A DNA stretch of 63,983 bases, filler included, from Octopus bimaculoides (GCF_001194135.2; 6 parts of 6 records of this genome joined end to end with filler, not necessarily neighbours in it); one strand, 5' to 3'. Positions 13,431 to 27,610 are shown, numbered from the whole stretch's first letter. Notes: generated by a model from the letters alone, not told the origin. A program made the numbers and translations.

Positions 13431-14240
13431 ATATATATCCATACATAGATGCATACATATACATTCATATACGTATTTATATGGAGAGAGAGAGAGAGAG
13501 AGAGAGAGAACTCCAGTTTTTGCCCAACTGAATGAATGATACATACACATAGATTAAACATAGAAAACAAGTACAAAAAAGCAACAGCAAATACATAAAA
13601 CATAGAAGTCAATAGAGGAAAAAATGTAAGTAAACAACTGGTGTAATTGAATTTTTCATTCTAATTTGCACGAAACGAAGCCAAAAGACATATTCTGTTA
13701 TTAATTTACTATTAATTTGTAAAATAACTAACGTGTAAATTTCGAGGTGAAAATTGAGAAGTAATATTCTTAAATTTGTTTATTGTGGGTGTGTTTATGT
13801 ATGTATAAATATATGTGTGTGTTTATGCATTTGTTTATATGTATGAAACGTATGTATATATGTATACATATATATGTTTTTATATATATAAATATATATA
13901 TATATATGTATATGAGGGGGCGTGTATATTGCTGTGTTTGTGTGCGTGTGCATGTTGAATTCATGTTTGATGATTTTGTATCTGCACACACATAAATGTT
14001 TTAAAAACATATTTTCCCATATTACTTGTGCGACAGATACACCACATACAATCACACCCAAAGAAACACTGATGTGTACTTCATATTTAATGTATCCTGG
14101 TACAATCTTACGTCGTGGCAATTTCGAATAAGTAGCTTCTCTCATAATGCTGGCCCGACCAATACCTGTTGAGGGAATATGCTTGAAGGGATTGTCGTGT
14201 ATTATATGTGCATATATTTACATACATATATGTATGTATG

Positions 14241-14321
<81 letters not shown>

Positions 14322-16049
14322 AAGAGGATTTGAAAATGCAGAGGCCTTGTAAAGATATTTATCGACTTCATCGGTTTCACCTTTTTAAAATAGCAACCAT
14401 CCCTGCCAACACACATATAAAACTGGAGATGAAGGGAAAAAAAATGTTGGTCATTTCCCTAAAATTCTGTAGGAATATTTAAATAGGATTTCTGGTGTAG
14501 TTTTGACTAAGCAATACACGCTTTCTCCTATCAAATACTATCTACAAATTCTTTCTGTATTTATGCTTGTATATAATCATGATTTTTGCAATCAAATTAC
14601 ATACCGTTTTCGCATGCCACCAAGGAGATACAGTGGAACCAGAAATACTGACATCAATATTATAGAAAGCAATAGTTTTAGGAGCAATTTTGAGAGGCAA
14701 ATATACAGCAGAATAGATCTAAACAGTTAAAAGGGAACCCTATAATAGAGAAAAGCAGCTGAGGCAAACTTTTGCAATAGACACTACAAAATTGTAAAGA
14801 ACGAATGGTATCTATGGATTTTGCCGAGACATATGAAATGTTTACACAGTTAATTCTGTAATGATCTAAATGACTGGAAAACAAGGCTGTGGAACCGAGT
14901 GATTCGGTGAATTACGAAGAACTTTGATAACGAAAGGAGAAATGAAGGGAAAAGTAACAGAAAAGTAGGGATCAATCTCCTACTTTATATTTTCATGGAG
15001 GTTAAGTTACAAGCACCATTTCATGAAGAACAAATGACTTCGTACCTAACAGAAACTGTACAGGAAACACTCAAAACTTATCAAAGGCCTCCATGTAAAC
15101 ACCTTAAGGCTTGACAGAGAGAATGCACTCAGTTTAAACTAAAGGTAGAATGTGAATAGTGATTTGGTTTCACGCGATCAATGTCTAATGACAATCATGA
15201 CACCAACTGCAACACTTATACGAATGCAGTTGGGGTCCTCGATTTGGAAGGCATTCTAGTTCTTTACAAATGAGAATATTCACAAATCGGTTACATATGT
15301 AGCCATTTCTACTGTACAATGTGCTGACCGTTCGATGTAAATAACGGATATAGTGTGATATAAACTTGTACCAAGCACGGTACAAGAAAAGAAAATGACC
15401 ACAACTATTTGGGTTACACCCATGAAGACCGAGAGAAACTGACAGAGGAACATATCATCGAACTGATAGATATGGTAATCGACTCTGACCACAAAATAGA
15501 AATAAATATAACATCGATCGGGATGAAATAGAGGAAATACCAAAGTAGAAGGATGTTGAATATTGGAAATAAACACGATGTGATTCACGAAATTACAAAT
15601 AAATAAATAAAATAAAATCCAGTAATAATTATAGTATTATTTATGATACAAATTAAGGGGCAAAAGTAAACATAGGCCTTATGAGGACTCGCAACCAACA
15701 TGCAATGTGAGACATCTCAAATTAGATAGTACTCCACAAAACAGTCTTGCTGCATATAGCATCTACGTTAAAATATAACTCTTAATAAAATAACACAATA
15801 CAAAACATAGCTTAAGGAAGCATCGCAGAGAAATACAAAACAATACAAGCTCTATTCGAGCAACACTTTAAAAAGCACACAGCAGAAAGTCTTAGATAAT
15901 CCATTCATTAAAATGTTTTGATAAGACACAAAATAGCGAGCATGAACTTTGGCCTGCTACTGCCTTATTTTCTAGAACTAGCGATGAATTAAATATCACA
16001 TTTTAGACACAGCATAGCGTTGTGGCGAATAATTTGCGAAGCCTCTTTT

Positions 16050-16250
16050 ATTCTTTTATTTGTTTCAGTCATTTGACTGCGGCCATGCTGGAGCACCGCC
16101 TTTAGTCGAGCAAATCGACCCCGGGACTTATTCTTTGTAAGCCTAGTACTTATCCTATCGGTATCTTTTGCCGAACCGCTAAGTTACGGGGACATAAACA
16201 CACCAGCATCGGTTGTCAAGCAATGTTGGGAGACAAACACAGACACACAA

Positions 16251-16291
<41 letters not shown>

Positions 16292-16457
16292 TACGACGAG
16301 CTTCTTTCAGTTTCCGTCTACCAAATCCACTCACAAGGCTTTGGTCGGCCCGAGGCTATAGTAGAAGACACTTGCCCAAGGTGCCACGCAGTGGGACTGA
16401 ACCCGGAACCATGTGGTTGGTAAGCAAGCTACTTACCACACAGCCACTCCTGCGCCT
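16050..16457 (-). mobile_element. Full-length SINE, family A
   Basis: Reverse-complement match to 54912-55322 over the whole length. Confidence 0.9.
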
Positions 16458-17313
16458 AGAAGCATTCTCAGAATATTTCCAAATGTCTGCCGGGTATCGA
16501 CACGAATTATTGAACATTGCAAGATAACTCTCGAAAGTGAGCGGATGATAACAATGAAAATTTGAATGTGAAGGAGGAGAAGGAAGTTGATGGTGGTGAT
16601 GATGACGACGACGACGGAGAAAACGACGACAACTGAGACGATGATAATGATGAAAACTACAACGAAGGCATCGCCAAACGTGCTTGTTGTAAATATATTC
16701 CATTAAATTCAAAAGTGATTATATTCCGGATGTAATAGTTAATAAGAAACGCAACAAAGTATGACTACTGTCAAATATCTTCTATTATGGCCGCAAGGAC
16801 AACAGGTGAGAATACATTATCTAGTGACAGGCAGAATAACAAAAACTTGGTGTTCAATTCAAACAATATTAAAATACAGCTAGTCGAAGCTATACGGTGT
16901 GTGCAGGGAATGATATGGGTGTACGTATAAATTCTCGGCACAGGGGTTTCGTGCTAGGAGTGAGTGGTGAAACATGCTGTTGCTTAATGGCACAGAAGAT
17001 GGCACAGAAATAATTTCCTTCCAATAAACAATTAGCAAGATAAAACTTAATTGAAAATATTAATGAATTCATTAAAAATGATGGCCTACCACGTACAAAT
17101 TGAAAATATTGCCAAAGGAATGTGCACGATTATATATGCACGTGGGCGTATATGCAAGTAAATAGGCTATATATGTGTGCGCATATATATATGTATGTAT
17201 GTATTTATATATATATATATATTTGTTTATATATATGTATTTATATATGTATGTATAGGTATGTATATATGTATGTATATTTATATTATATATATATATA
17301 TATGTATATATAT

Positions 17314-17413
17314 NNNNNNNNNNNNNNNNNNNNNNNNNNNNNNNNNNNNNNNNNNNNTTAATTAATTAANNNNNNNNNNNNNNNNNNNNNNNNNNNNNNN
17401 NNNNNNNNNNNNN
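17314..17413. other. Assembly spacer N44-TTAATTAATTAA-N44 (also at 32779-32790, 44343-44354, 55836-55847, 62793-62804)
   Basis: An identical 12-mer with stop codons in all six frames sits centred in 100-bp gaps five times. Confidence 0.95.
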
Positions 17414-18015
17414 TATATATATATATATATATTTATATATTTCATTGTTCGTCGCACTGAAACACATAGTACTTTATACGGAATGTGACAGGGGGTATTG
17501 ATTAAATATCATCCAAAATTTGTCATCGAAATATCTCATCTGTAACTCTTTCAATATACGTCTTGCTAGTTCTCGTTGTCACATTTTGTGTAGAAAATAT
17601 ATTTAGCTTTCTAGACATTACAAAAAATAAAACATCACAAATGAGATATTTAGCTTTTGAACACAATAATACAAATACACTTGATTTTTATTAGATTTAT
17701 TTACTCGTTTTTTTATTTTTATAATTCCGACTAACAAATATTTTGACATTTCGCTTAATCTTGAGATAAAAAATGAACACGTCGAAACACTTAACTCACT
17801 TAATTAAGTTTCTAGAGTAATGGCAAGTATTGTAATTGGTATTTCTGGACAAGACACTCTCTACACAGATTTATTCAACACTAATTGTTTGCACAATGTG
17901 CAGTTATAGGACTTCTTTTTCTCAAACATATAAAGACATACAAAACATTCATACACACAGAAAATCAATGGCGTAGTCCATATATATATATATATATATA
18001 TATATATTCGTTATA

Positions 18016-18053
<38 letters not shown>

Positions 18054-18827
18054 TGTGTGAAGTTATACCTAATGCATACCTACAGACAGACAGCTATACA
18101 TACACGCACACATATACACATAAACAGAAAGTGCCAGAGGATTGGTTTCTAGCTTCACATTAGGAATATTATGTAAGAAAGCTAACTGAAACAAATTCGA
18201 TTAACTGATATAATCCTAGCAATTAAATAAATTATTTGATAAAAACTCCCTCTAGATTTGTTGATAATCGAAAAATACATCAAAACAAACCAGATAAGTC
18301 TTGTAAGAAAATGAAACCGAAATTGTTGGAAATTATCTAAAATAGAGATAGCATAGATTTTCTTTCATCTTAGAAGTGTCATTATGCTAATAACCAACAC
18401 ACTTTCATTATAGAGGCAAACGCTGTTATTGCAATTAGTCAATACTTAAAGATTTGACCACTTAACTAATCAGACATACGCACTCATATTTTATTGTAGC
18501 AAATGTGATAAGGTGCACTTAAGGTAAGCCGTTATACAATATTATATCCAACCCTGTTACAAATATTCAAAAATGTTCTTAAGAGTAGCAAAACTCTGAC
18601 GGCATTGTGGAAGACAAATATGTATATGTAAAAAGGGAAATCGGGGTATAACACAGTTCAAAAATTTCTCAGAATTATTAAATATTATGCTATTACCACT
18701 GTTCGCTTTGTAATTTATGAGATGCAAAAATGAAGTTGATGGACTTTTCCTCCTGAGTTATCAGTGTATGTGTCTTTGATATATCTTATTTAAACATTTC
18801 GCGATATTTTGAAATTTTGCCTGGAAT

Positions 18828-18882
18828 AGAACTCGGAACATTGGGGTTAGTAGCCGCGCTTTTAACCACTACGTGACATTCC
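18828..18882 (-). mobile_element. Isolated tRNA-derived SINE head
   Basis: ggaatgtcacgtagtggttaaaagcgcggctactaacccc..ccgagttctattccaggc has A and B boxes but no CCA and no complete cloverleaf. Confidence 0.55.
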
Positions 18883-18920
18883 GGTGGCATTTGAGAACCA
18901 AAGTTCGAAATTTGCGCATG

Positions 18921-18960
18921 ACACCTGATGAAGGCTGGAGTGTATATCAACCAAAACGTT
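18921..18960 (+). ncRNA. Degenerate, probably inactive hammerhead-like motif in a short dispersed repeat
   Basis: ACAC CUGAUGA A GGCUG-GAGUGUAUAU-CAACC AAAA CG UU has G12->A and a stem II mismatch. The downstream sequence (caaga.gaggacaaatat..aatgtaaat) recurs at about 1655-1730. Confidence 0.3.
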
Positions 18961-21836
18961 CAAGACGAGGACAAATATATTTTTAAATGTAAATGGTGTA
19001 AATAATGTAAATAATTTACCCTTGAAACTTGTAAGCGTTTTCTGTTCAATATTCAAAGTTATAATAAGACTAATATACATTTAATGATATACAGTTTGTA
19101 AATTTTATTTAGGACCAAAACACGACAGTTCATCATTTAGTTAACAGTAATAATTAGGCAACTAGTTCGTTGGTAGAAAGAATTATAGCTTCAGTCAGCT
19201 TCCCAGAGTCCCCAAATTGGGAGATTCTATTGCGCATTAGTTAAACCACGGCAAGTCGAAGCATTGAAACATATCACTGGATACGTCAGTTCTGTTGAAT
19301 TGGATACTGAGATAATCCTGCATGCATATAAAACATTGATTTTCATGAAAGGATTAACGATAATCAAGAAATCATAACATACACTAATATTTATGATCGC
19401 GATAAACTTGTACACCAGCGTAATATGTGCAATCTTATAAGCCCGTATAAATACAACCGGCTGATATCTATGTTAGCTAATTCCACTATCAGCTTGTATC
19501 TTGTCAGCAGATTAATCGTATCACAACTCTGGTGACTGTATTTTAAATTCTTTGAGAAATATCTCATAGACAATTTCAGACGTCAGTGACAGAATATAAT
19601 TGTAGCAACTAATTGACTAAAGTTTAGTAAAAGTGGGCGATTCGGCAAACCTGGAAAATTTTCTCTTACAAAATTTAAGAGATCAGAACTCAAATTGCAA
19701 ACATTCATTAACATAATCCAGCTTAATGAATTAAAAGGAGAAAACGTTATTAAACTGATGAATTCATGTTAGAATCTCTAATATTTCCTCGTCTAAGGTC
19801 ACTTGAATAGAATCGTTCTTCAACATAACCTGGTCTCAACAAATACTGCATCAAGAAAAAAAGCCTCTTACATCTCGAACTCAATGTACGATACCGGAAT
19901 AGTTCTTGAAATACTATGCATGTTGCAATCATATTTACAAGTATAATTCAAGGCTGGCAAACTTCCTGGCCATGTTAGAATAGCATTGCCGATTTAATTA
20001 TAGATATAAGAACATTTTCCCTCTGTGTTTCTGTGAAAATCTTCTAAATTTGTACTTCCATCATGCATCATTACCAACACGTCTATTAAACAGGGCAGTC
20101 TATGTTGTTCATACAGGAAGATAAAATAAATGGCCACTTATGACACAAATCGAATATGGTATCAATTGTCTATAAAACTGATTTTACATCCAACATACCA
20201 ACTCAGATACACGAAAATAAGCAGAACATATGCAGAACATAAGCAGTACGTAAGTATGTTGGAAGTTTTATTAAAAGGAAATTATTATACTCACGGAACC
20301 TTGGTAATGTGATTATGATAAGAACATGATATGAGAAAGTTCATGTCACTAATCAACCACACCTGAAATCTAAGGAAACGGGACTATGAATACATCAAAG
20401 GTTCAAGGATATACAGGTTTGCTCAGCCAATGGGCACACATATTTATTACTTTATAAAACATTTACAACTGCTTAAACACATGGATTTTAATATTTAAGG
20501 GATAAATATGTTCAATAACTAACCTTCTGTAATCCCCACGTTAGCTTTACTCACAATTTCCTCACCTTAGATAATATCCCATATAAATTTAAGCATACGA
20601 GCGCCTTCAGATACGAAATTTTCAATAAATGCAGTTATCGACTTCCATACGTGATGCGGCCAATATATTTTTAATCTTCTGACGTACAACCTTCATGCAT
20701 GTGCACGAAAATTAAGTAACCGTTTCTTTATCTTGAGTACCATGAAAAAGCCCTGCACATACGAAGAGACAAAAATGTATATGTACATATATGGTTTTAC
20801 GTTACTGCATACACACGTTCAGTGTTACACAATAAATTCTCACAAAATCAGAAGTTATGCAACATGAATGAAATACGAAATAATTCTACTCGTGTATATG
20901 TAAGTATATATATTTATTCAGCATTTAACATGTGTTAGAATAAGGGTATACGATGATTCTCTATTCCACGAGTGCTTATGTAATGGTATATGCTTATTCG
21001 GTCAACGAGTATTTATATAAGGATATATGACTATTACATATTCAACGACTGTTTTGTATCAGTATATAAGCTTATCGAGTATGCCAAGATATTTTCACTG
21101 TACATAGTCTAAAATTATTGTCATTACCGCTGAAGCCTCTATTGACAGCCATGTACAATATGTTACTGCTAGTATTTCCTTGCCATTCACTGGAGGATTT
21201 ATCTATAATATATATTTAATATTAGGTATTTGTATTAACTCCACAGGAGATCACATTTGCAGCATCACATAAATGACTGTTATATGAAACATAAGAAGGA
21301 ATAATTGTGAAAGTCAATCGCATAAGTCCTCAATTAATGAATGACCAAATCTTGTTCTCTCTTACTATTTGATAAATAAATTTACGTAATCCTAGAACCT
21401 ATCAAAATATTATCGACTGGTAATTAGTGTATTTCATACGAAACGGGGTGTCTTAGTAATTCTTCTTTAAATGACGAGTACGAAAACACATTACGCAACA
21501 CTAATTGACAGTAAATTCCAGCGGTCATATCCTGCAGAGATTAACGTAGTCTTTCATGGTTTCCGGGTCGATAAGATGGAATTTACACACAGGAAGTAGG
21601 ATTAATTTAATTGTTAGAGGGTCAGACATGGTGGATTTCTTCTGGCGATTCAGAGATTTCGGGTGATTGATTAAAATGTTCATTTCGTGTAATTTCATTA
21701 CCTGATCTTGAAGTTAATTTAATGGAGTTCCCTTCGTTCAAAACTCTCAGATGAAAACTCTGGCTTAAGAACGGTAAAGAAAGGTAACTACAGATACTTT
21801 CTAAATCATCCAACTATGCTCCAACACCACTCGACC

Positions 21837-22218
21837 GTGGCACTCCGCCGGTTACGATGACGAGGGCTCCAGTTGATCCAATCAACGGAACAGCCTGCAC
21901 ATAAAATTAACGTGCAAGTGACTGAGTACTCCACAGACACGTGTACCCTTAACGTAGTTCTCGGGAATATTCAGCGTAACACAGAGTGTGATAAGGCCGC
22001 ACATTTGAAATACATGTACAACAGAAAAAGAAAGAAAGAGTGAGAGCAAGTTGTGGTGAAAGAATAGACCAGGGTTCGCCACCAACCCCTGCTGGAACTT
22101 CATGGATCTTTAGGCATTTTCCCTCAACAAACACAAACAACGCTCGGTGTGGGCATCGAAACCTCGATGCTACGACCGCGAGTCCGCTGCTCTAACCACT
22201 AGGACATTGCGCCTCCAC
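21837..22218 (-). mobile_element. Full-length tRNA-derived SINE, family D
   Basis: Minus-strand head gtggaggcgcaatgtcctagtggttagagcagcggactcgcggtcgtagcatcgaggtttcgatgccc has A/B boxes. The tail ends ...atcaactggagccctcgtcatcgtaaccggcggagtgcc. Confidence 0.85.
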
Positions 22219-23544
22219 TCTCTCCGACACCACTAACGTGACGAAGCAGTTGTGTATATGAAATATTTCTTTATCTAAGTGGTTCGCCCCACATTGTGTC
22301 CCTGATAACTATGAAAATGACAACGATACTCCAGACTCTCTGACTCCATTACACCAAGAAGGACTACCTCAGCAGAGGAGATGTATTATTAGAGAAGTGA
22401 AAAGACCTTCGGCTCTACGCCAAAGAGCAAAGACGAAAAACGTAAGCAGTGATATCTATATATATATATATNNNNNNNNNNNNNNNNNNNNNNNNNNNNN
22501 NNNNNNNNNNNNNNNNNNNNNNNNNNNNNNNNNNNNNNNNNNNNNNNNNNNNNNNNNNNNNNNNNNNNNNNNNNNNNNNNNNNNNNNNNNNNNNNNNNNN
22601 NNNTGTGTGTGTGTGTGTGTGTGTGTGTGTATGGTGGAGAAGGTGAGAAAAGGTCGATTTCTATATCATCCTTTGTGGGGTTCCAAAGGTTGCTTACTAT
22701 TGTATGTTTTGTTTAAATATGAAAATATTACAAGTATAAGGTGTGTTATGATCAATTATAGAACAGGTGTCCTATATAAAATCAACAAACAATTAAAGAT
22801 GAAGAGAGGACGTTAAAAGTTTTTACAACTTTTGATCTATGCATACAATCGTTTCGAATGGTAATATTAACACGTAATAAACATGCAAACAATTGAAAAT
22901 TAATTTAATTATAACTATACTGTTCTCAGAAGAAAATATCAAAAAGAAATTATAATGTTACAGACGACTACATGGTGTTAGTGTCATATAACATATTCGA
23001 TTATTCATAATATGATTATGAAAGATGAAATATTAAAACATATTTAGGTAGCGATGAGTGAAGTTGTGTATGAACTATAACTGATGTGGCTAACGGGTGT
23101 TTGAAATATAAGGGAAAAAGATTTAAGAAACATTCACTCTATAAGAAGATATGTAATATATGGATATGCATTCTATATAAAGCATTTATCATAAGAAGTA
23201 AATGATAAATATCAGTATATATACACGCACACATACATGTGTATATATGTAAATAAATAAGAGTACACTGGTATATTTAAATTTTCATATGATTTGACTG
23301 TTATGCGTGGTATATAATGAAAAAAATAAAAGTAAATTATGGTGCATACTAAAAAGAAATTATTTTAAAATGTTTTGTAGAATAAAAAATATATGTAGAT
23401 AGTATGATTTCATATAGAGTTAATTGTAAAACAGTCGTAGCTGTCAATCCATATATAAATTTAAATATAGCTATGCTGTCCCATTGGAGGCTTATTTATT
23501 TATGTGTATACACACATATATATATGTGTGTTTATATATGCACG

Positions 23545-23587
<43 letters not shown>

Positions 23588-23671
23588 TTACTTCTTACCA
23601 TAAATGCTTTATATGGAATGTATATCACTATACACATATGGCTCATACATACACACACATACATACACACA

Positions 23672-23705
<34 letters not shown>

Positions 23706-26398
23706 NNNNNNNNNNNNNNNNNNNNNNNNNNNNNNNNNNNNNNNNNNNNNNNNNNNNNNNNNNNNNNNNNNNNNNNNNNNNNNNNNNNNNNNNNNNNNNN
23801 NNNNNNNNNNNNNNNTATATACACACATATATAGATACATAAATATATGTGGGTGTGTGTTTCTTTCACTCATAAATTTTGGAGTGAAAAGAAAAGTAAC
23901 TACAGAAGAGGACGCGATGAAAATAAACAATCATTCTAAGGTACATATAAAATATTGCAATGTCAATCAGCTTTACATTGTCGAAGACCTCAGAGTTGTG
24001 CAGGTTCTTCATGCGAGTGTATATTAAATGGAATATTTACAAAGAATCCTTCCTACGTTACTAGGCAAAACACTCATCATTGAAAGAATGGGAAATATAG
24101 ATTTCCGTATCCAATACTCTCATTTACCAAAGCAAAATTGAAGGAAGGCTACCTAAATTAGACTTTGTAAAGTAGCATTCATACCATACCTGATGTCACT
24201 GCTGGAAATGAGTAATAAATAAAATTTGAAGTATATTTGGCTCCCATCATGAAGCAGTAATATTCGGATGTGGTCGAAAGACACACATCTTTTCGTTTGT
24301 GTAACAACAATCTGTAAAATTCTAACAATAGTATAATGAAAGTTTAATTTAAATTTTAATTATTTCATTTTATTATTCCTTTTATTTTAATTTTTCTAAT
24401 TTTATCATTTCTTTCAGCATGGCTAAATTGTTTCGAAGCTATTGAAGCTGGTAGCACAATGATAATGTTCTTGAAGTATCTTATTTTCGCTTTTGGACAT
24501 ATATTTTTATACACACACAGAAAACGCATATACTCATATATATACGTACATACATGCTTACATTCAAATACATTTGCATACATACATATATAAACTTAGT
24601 GAGACATATGTGTGCATCTGTATGTGTTTATTACAAATATAGTGAAGGATACTGGGATTAATAGAGAAAATACATCCCAGGTTTTGTGAGGAAAGGAAGA
24701 GAAGCCCAGCAACATTTAACCGGATGCTATAGGTAATTTCTTAGCTTCTATTATCTTTCGATGACAATTTTTTTCTTAGAAAATAATGTAAGAATAAAGA
24801 ATAAAAAGAAAGAAAATCGAAAATAAATGACAACAAATAAAAATATGTGAGTGGAAATTAATTAAAACGAAAGTGAAGCTCAATAATAGAGATGGCATTC
24901 TGATAAATTTGGTTATCAGGGGAAATTAAGTAAATTGCTAAAAATAATTGCAAATATAATTATAAAAATGAGAAATGGAGGGGAATATGAACTTTTGTTC
25001 AACGAAAGAGAAAACTGAAGTGAGTATTATTGATAAAACATAAATATTGAAAATATCGATAGCAATAGTGAATATAAGGTATGTTGCTGGTCCTGCTGTT
25101 GTTATTGTTGTAGGTGGTGGTTGAGGACGAATATGATAATGCAGCGATGCTGATGTTGGTGTTGTTGAAACTGATTTCGATGATGGTGTTGTCTATAAAG
25201 TTGATGGATTCGCTGGCGTGGATTTGTGTAGCATGATTTCTGATTTATTTTTTGCAGGGGATTTTCATTATAATGACTAATCTCTCTGTCTCTTTCTCTT
25301 TTAGTTTAAGATTAGAATCGCAATACAAATTCATAATTTTGTCATCATATCTATATATATAACAATGTTTCTTCATGTTTTACCACATATGACATTTAAA
25401 TATATAAAGTAAGAGGTTGTACAGTAAATACAAGACAAAAACCATACAAACATATTCACACTGCATCCCACTAATTAAAAGATATTCCCTATTGAAAACA
25501 GCTATGCGAAATATTTTTCGCATAAGAATATTTCATGTCATCGCATTTCATATTGAATGGATCCTAATTAACATCTAAACTAATTAAACATCTATTTGAA
25601 TTCTCATAAAAATACCAATTTCCATATAACGCACAGTATGCTTGGCATACAATTTTTGTGAAAAATTTACCTGAAAAAATATCTGGAATAAATACACCCC
25701 GATATTCCAGCAATGAAAAGAAAACATGATGTTTAAAATGGAGATTATTCCGCGACTTGATAGAGTTGTACGTTATTGGCACGAAAGAAATATGCAATGT
25801 AATGCACATCACCGCTGATATTTGTTGCTGCCCAATAAATATTAGTATCACTGTAGCAATATAGGTGCAGACATGATAGTGTGATTAAGAATCGAGCTTT
25901 GCCACCAAGCATATCGTGTTCAGTTCCACCACATTTCACCTTGGGCACGATTTTTTTCTATATTCCTTTCTTGAAGGAAACTGTTTGAAGCTCAGTGTAT
26001 GTTTTTTGTGTGTTTGAGTTTATTTATCTCCACTATTTGAGTAATGGTGTTGGTTTGTTTCTCTTCCAACATTTTAATGGTTCTACAAAAGTGAACTATA
26101 GAAAAAAGATTGTATTTAAAACATAAGCATTCGGCTCGACTTCGACTAAAAGCTTTCAAGAGCGTGCTCCAGTATGGTCGCGGCATCATAGCAGCAACAC
26201 GTTAAACCTGAAAGATAAACGGATTGGTCTACGTTCCTCGTCAGAATATCGTGAAACTCATTACAAACGGGATCTATTTTAAAACGGGGGGCCACATTTT
26301 TCATTAATGTTTTACGTAGTGTTTTTGGTACGGAAAGACTTTCAAACTTCGTATACTTATCTATTTTGTGTTATAGAACACAAAAATATTTTTGTATT

Positions 26399-26690
26399 CG
26401 AATTTATTTCATGTAAAAAATTGTCTTATTTCGATAATTTCAACCAATCACTGACAAGTATTCAGTTGTTTACATTTACTCCTTTGGCTGATTTTTATTT
26501 GCTTTTTTTCATTTTAAATTTGCTTTAACCCTAACCCTAACCCTAGGGTTAGGGTTAGGGTTAGGGTTAGGGTTAATTGTTTCAGAATCGTTTGTTTATG
26601 TAGTCGGCACTTAATGTATATCGGCTGAATGGACGTCAGTGATTGGTTGAAATTATAGAAATACGACAACTTTAACATGGAATATATTAG
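26399..26690. mobile_element. TIR-bearing element centred on back-to-back telomeric repeats
   Basis: Inverted arms at about 26399-26465 and 26625-26690 (ataatttcaaccaatcactgac is exact). The centre is (TAACCC)3-(TAGGGT)5 at 26526-26575. Confidence 0.75.
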
Positions 26691-26967
26691 GGATTTCTTT
26701 TTTTTTTAAGAAGACTAAAGGCAAAAGATGTTTTATATGACACATTCTACCAGTGTTCCAAGTTTCAAACAGTTTCGTTAATGAAAAATGTAACCCCCGT
26801 TTTAAAAAAGATCCTACAAACGATACAGTGAAGTAAGAAACGTGTCTACTTTCCATATATCCCTCTAATTATAAGGTGAAGAAATCAAATATATATTCCT
26901 TGTAAAATTCTTTAGTTTCGAGCAAATCACTTTATGTAAACAATTTTCTTTTCAGAGATATTGTTTA

Positions 26968-27130
26968 GGGCGGCGAGCTAGCAGAATCGTTAGCACGCCG
27001 GGCGAAGTGCTTAGCGGCAATTTGTCTGCCGTTACGTTCTGAGTTCAAATTCTGCAGTGATCGACTTTGCCTTTCATCATTTCGGGGTTGATAAAATAAC
27101 TACCACTGCGGTCGATATAATCGACTCATT
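26968..27130 (+). mobile_element. SINE family C
   Basis: ggcggcgagctagcagaatcgttagcacgccggg...ctgagttcaaattc..gactttgcctttcatc.tttcggggt.gataaa; many copies in the window. Confidence 0.85.
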
Positions 27131-27309
27131 TGTGAGTCTTTGTTTGTCCGCTCTATGTTAAGCCCTCTGTGGGCAATAACGACATAGATATTGTTTCAGA
27201 GAAGTACAACACCTTCATTACTATGCGGTCTTGGTGACTTTCTGTTCCAAATGATACATGTCTGAAAAGATATATGAACCATTCTGCAGTCATATTAACA
27301 CTGATTGTA

Positions 27310-27366
<57 letters not shown>

Positions 27367-27460
27367 TACACACACAAACACGCACATATGTGTACATACA
27401 TGCACCCACGTATATACATGTATACATACGTATATGTGTGCGTGAATGTGTGTGTGTGTA

Positions 27461-27610
27461 ATTGTTCAGTTTTATTTCAAGATGTCTTGCCGACCGAGAA
27501 AGAGCCGGTTTCTAACCTAGATTTAAGGCTCCTTCATTGGAATTTCAACACCAACAACTCGGTATTTTTGTATGTATGTATGTATGTATGTATGTATGTA
27601 TGTATGCATG
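27461..27610 (-). mobile_element. Orphan 3' UTR of the RLE LINE family seen at 60681-62210 (extreme 5' truncation)
   Basis: 27461-27560 aligns closely with 60681-60790 (ttcagttttatttcaagat...ccggttt.taac.tagat..aaggctccttcat..gaattt), and both are followed by (TATG)n. Confidence 0.75.

Noticed and set aside
20297-20364. Minus-strand 68-nt candidate exon VWLISDMNFLISCSYHNHITKV with good splice signals
   Set aside because: No domain similarity, and the length shifts phase. Consistent with a chance splice-site pair.
21700-21761. Minus-strand candidate exon QSFHLRVLNEGNSIKLTSRSG as the VWD continuation
   Set aside because: The phase (2) does not match the phase-0 VWD donor and the similarity is superficial.
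25080-25200. Thr/Pro/Ser-rich minus-strand stretch as a mucin exon
   Set aside because: Low-complexity GTT/GAT-derived sequence with no convincing splice sites.
26526-26575. Telomere-telomere fusion site
   Set aside because: The orientation is (CCCTAA)n(TTAGGG)n, the opposite of a fusion scar. The array is short and enclosed in TIRs.
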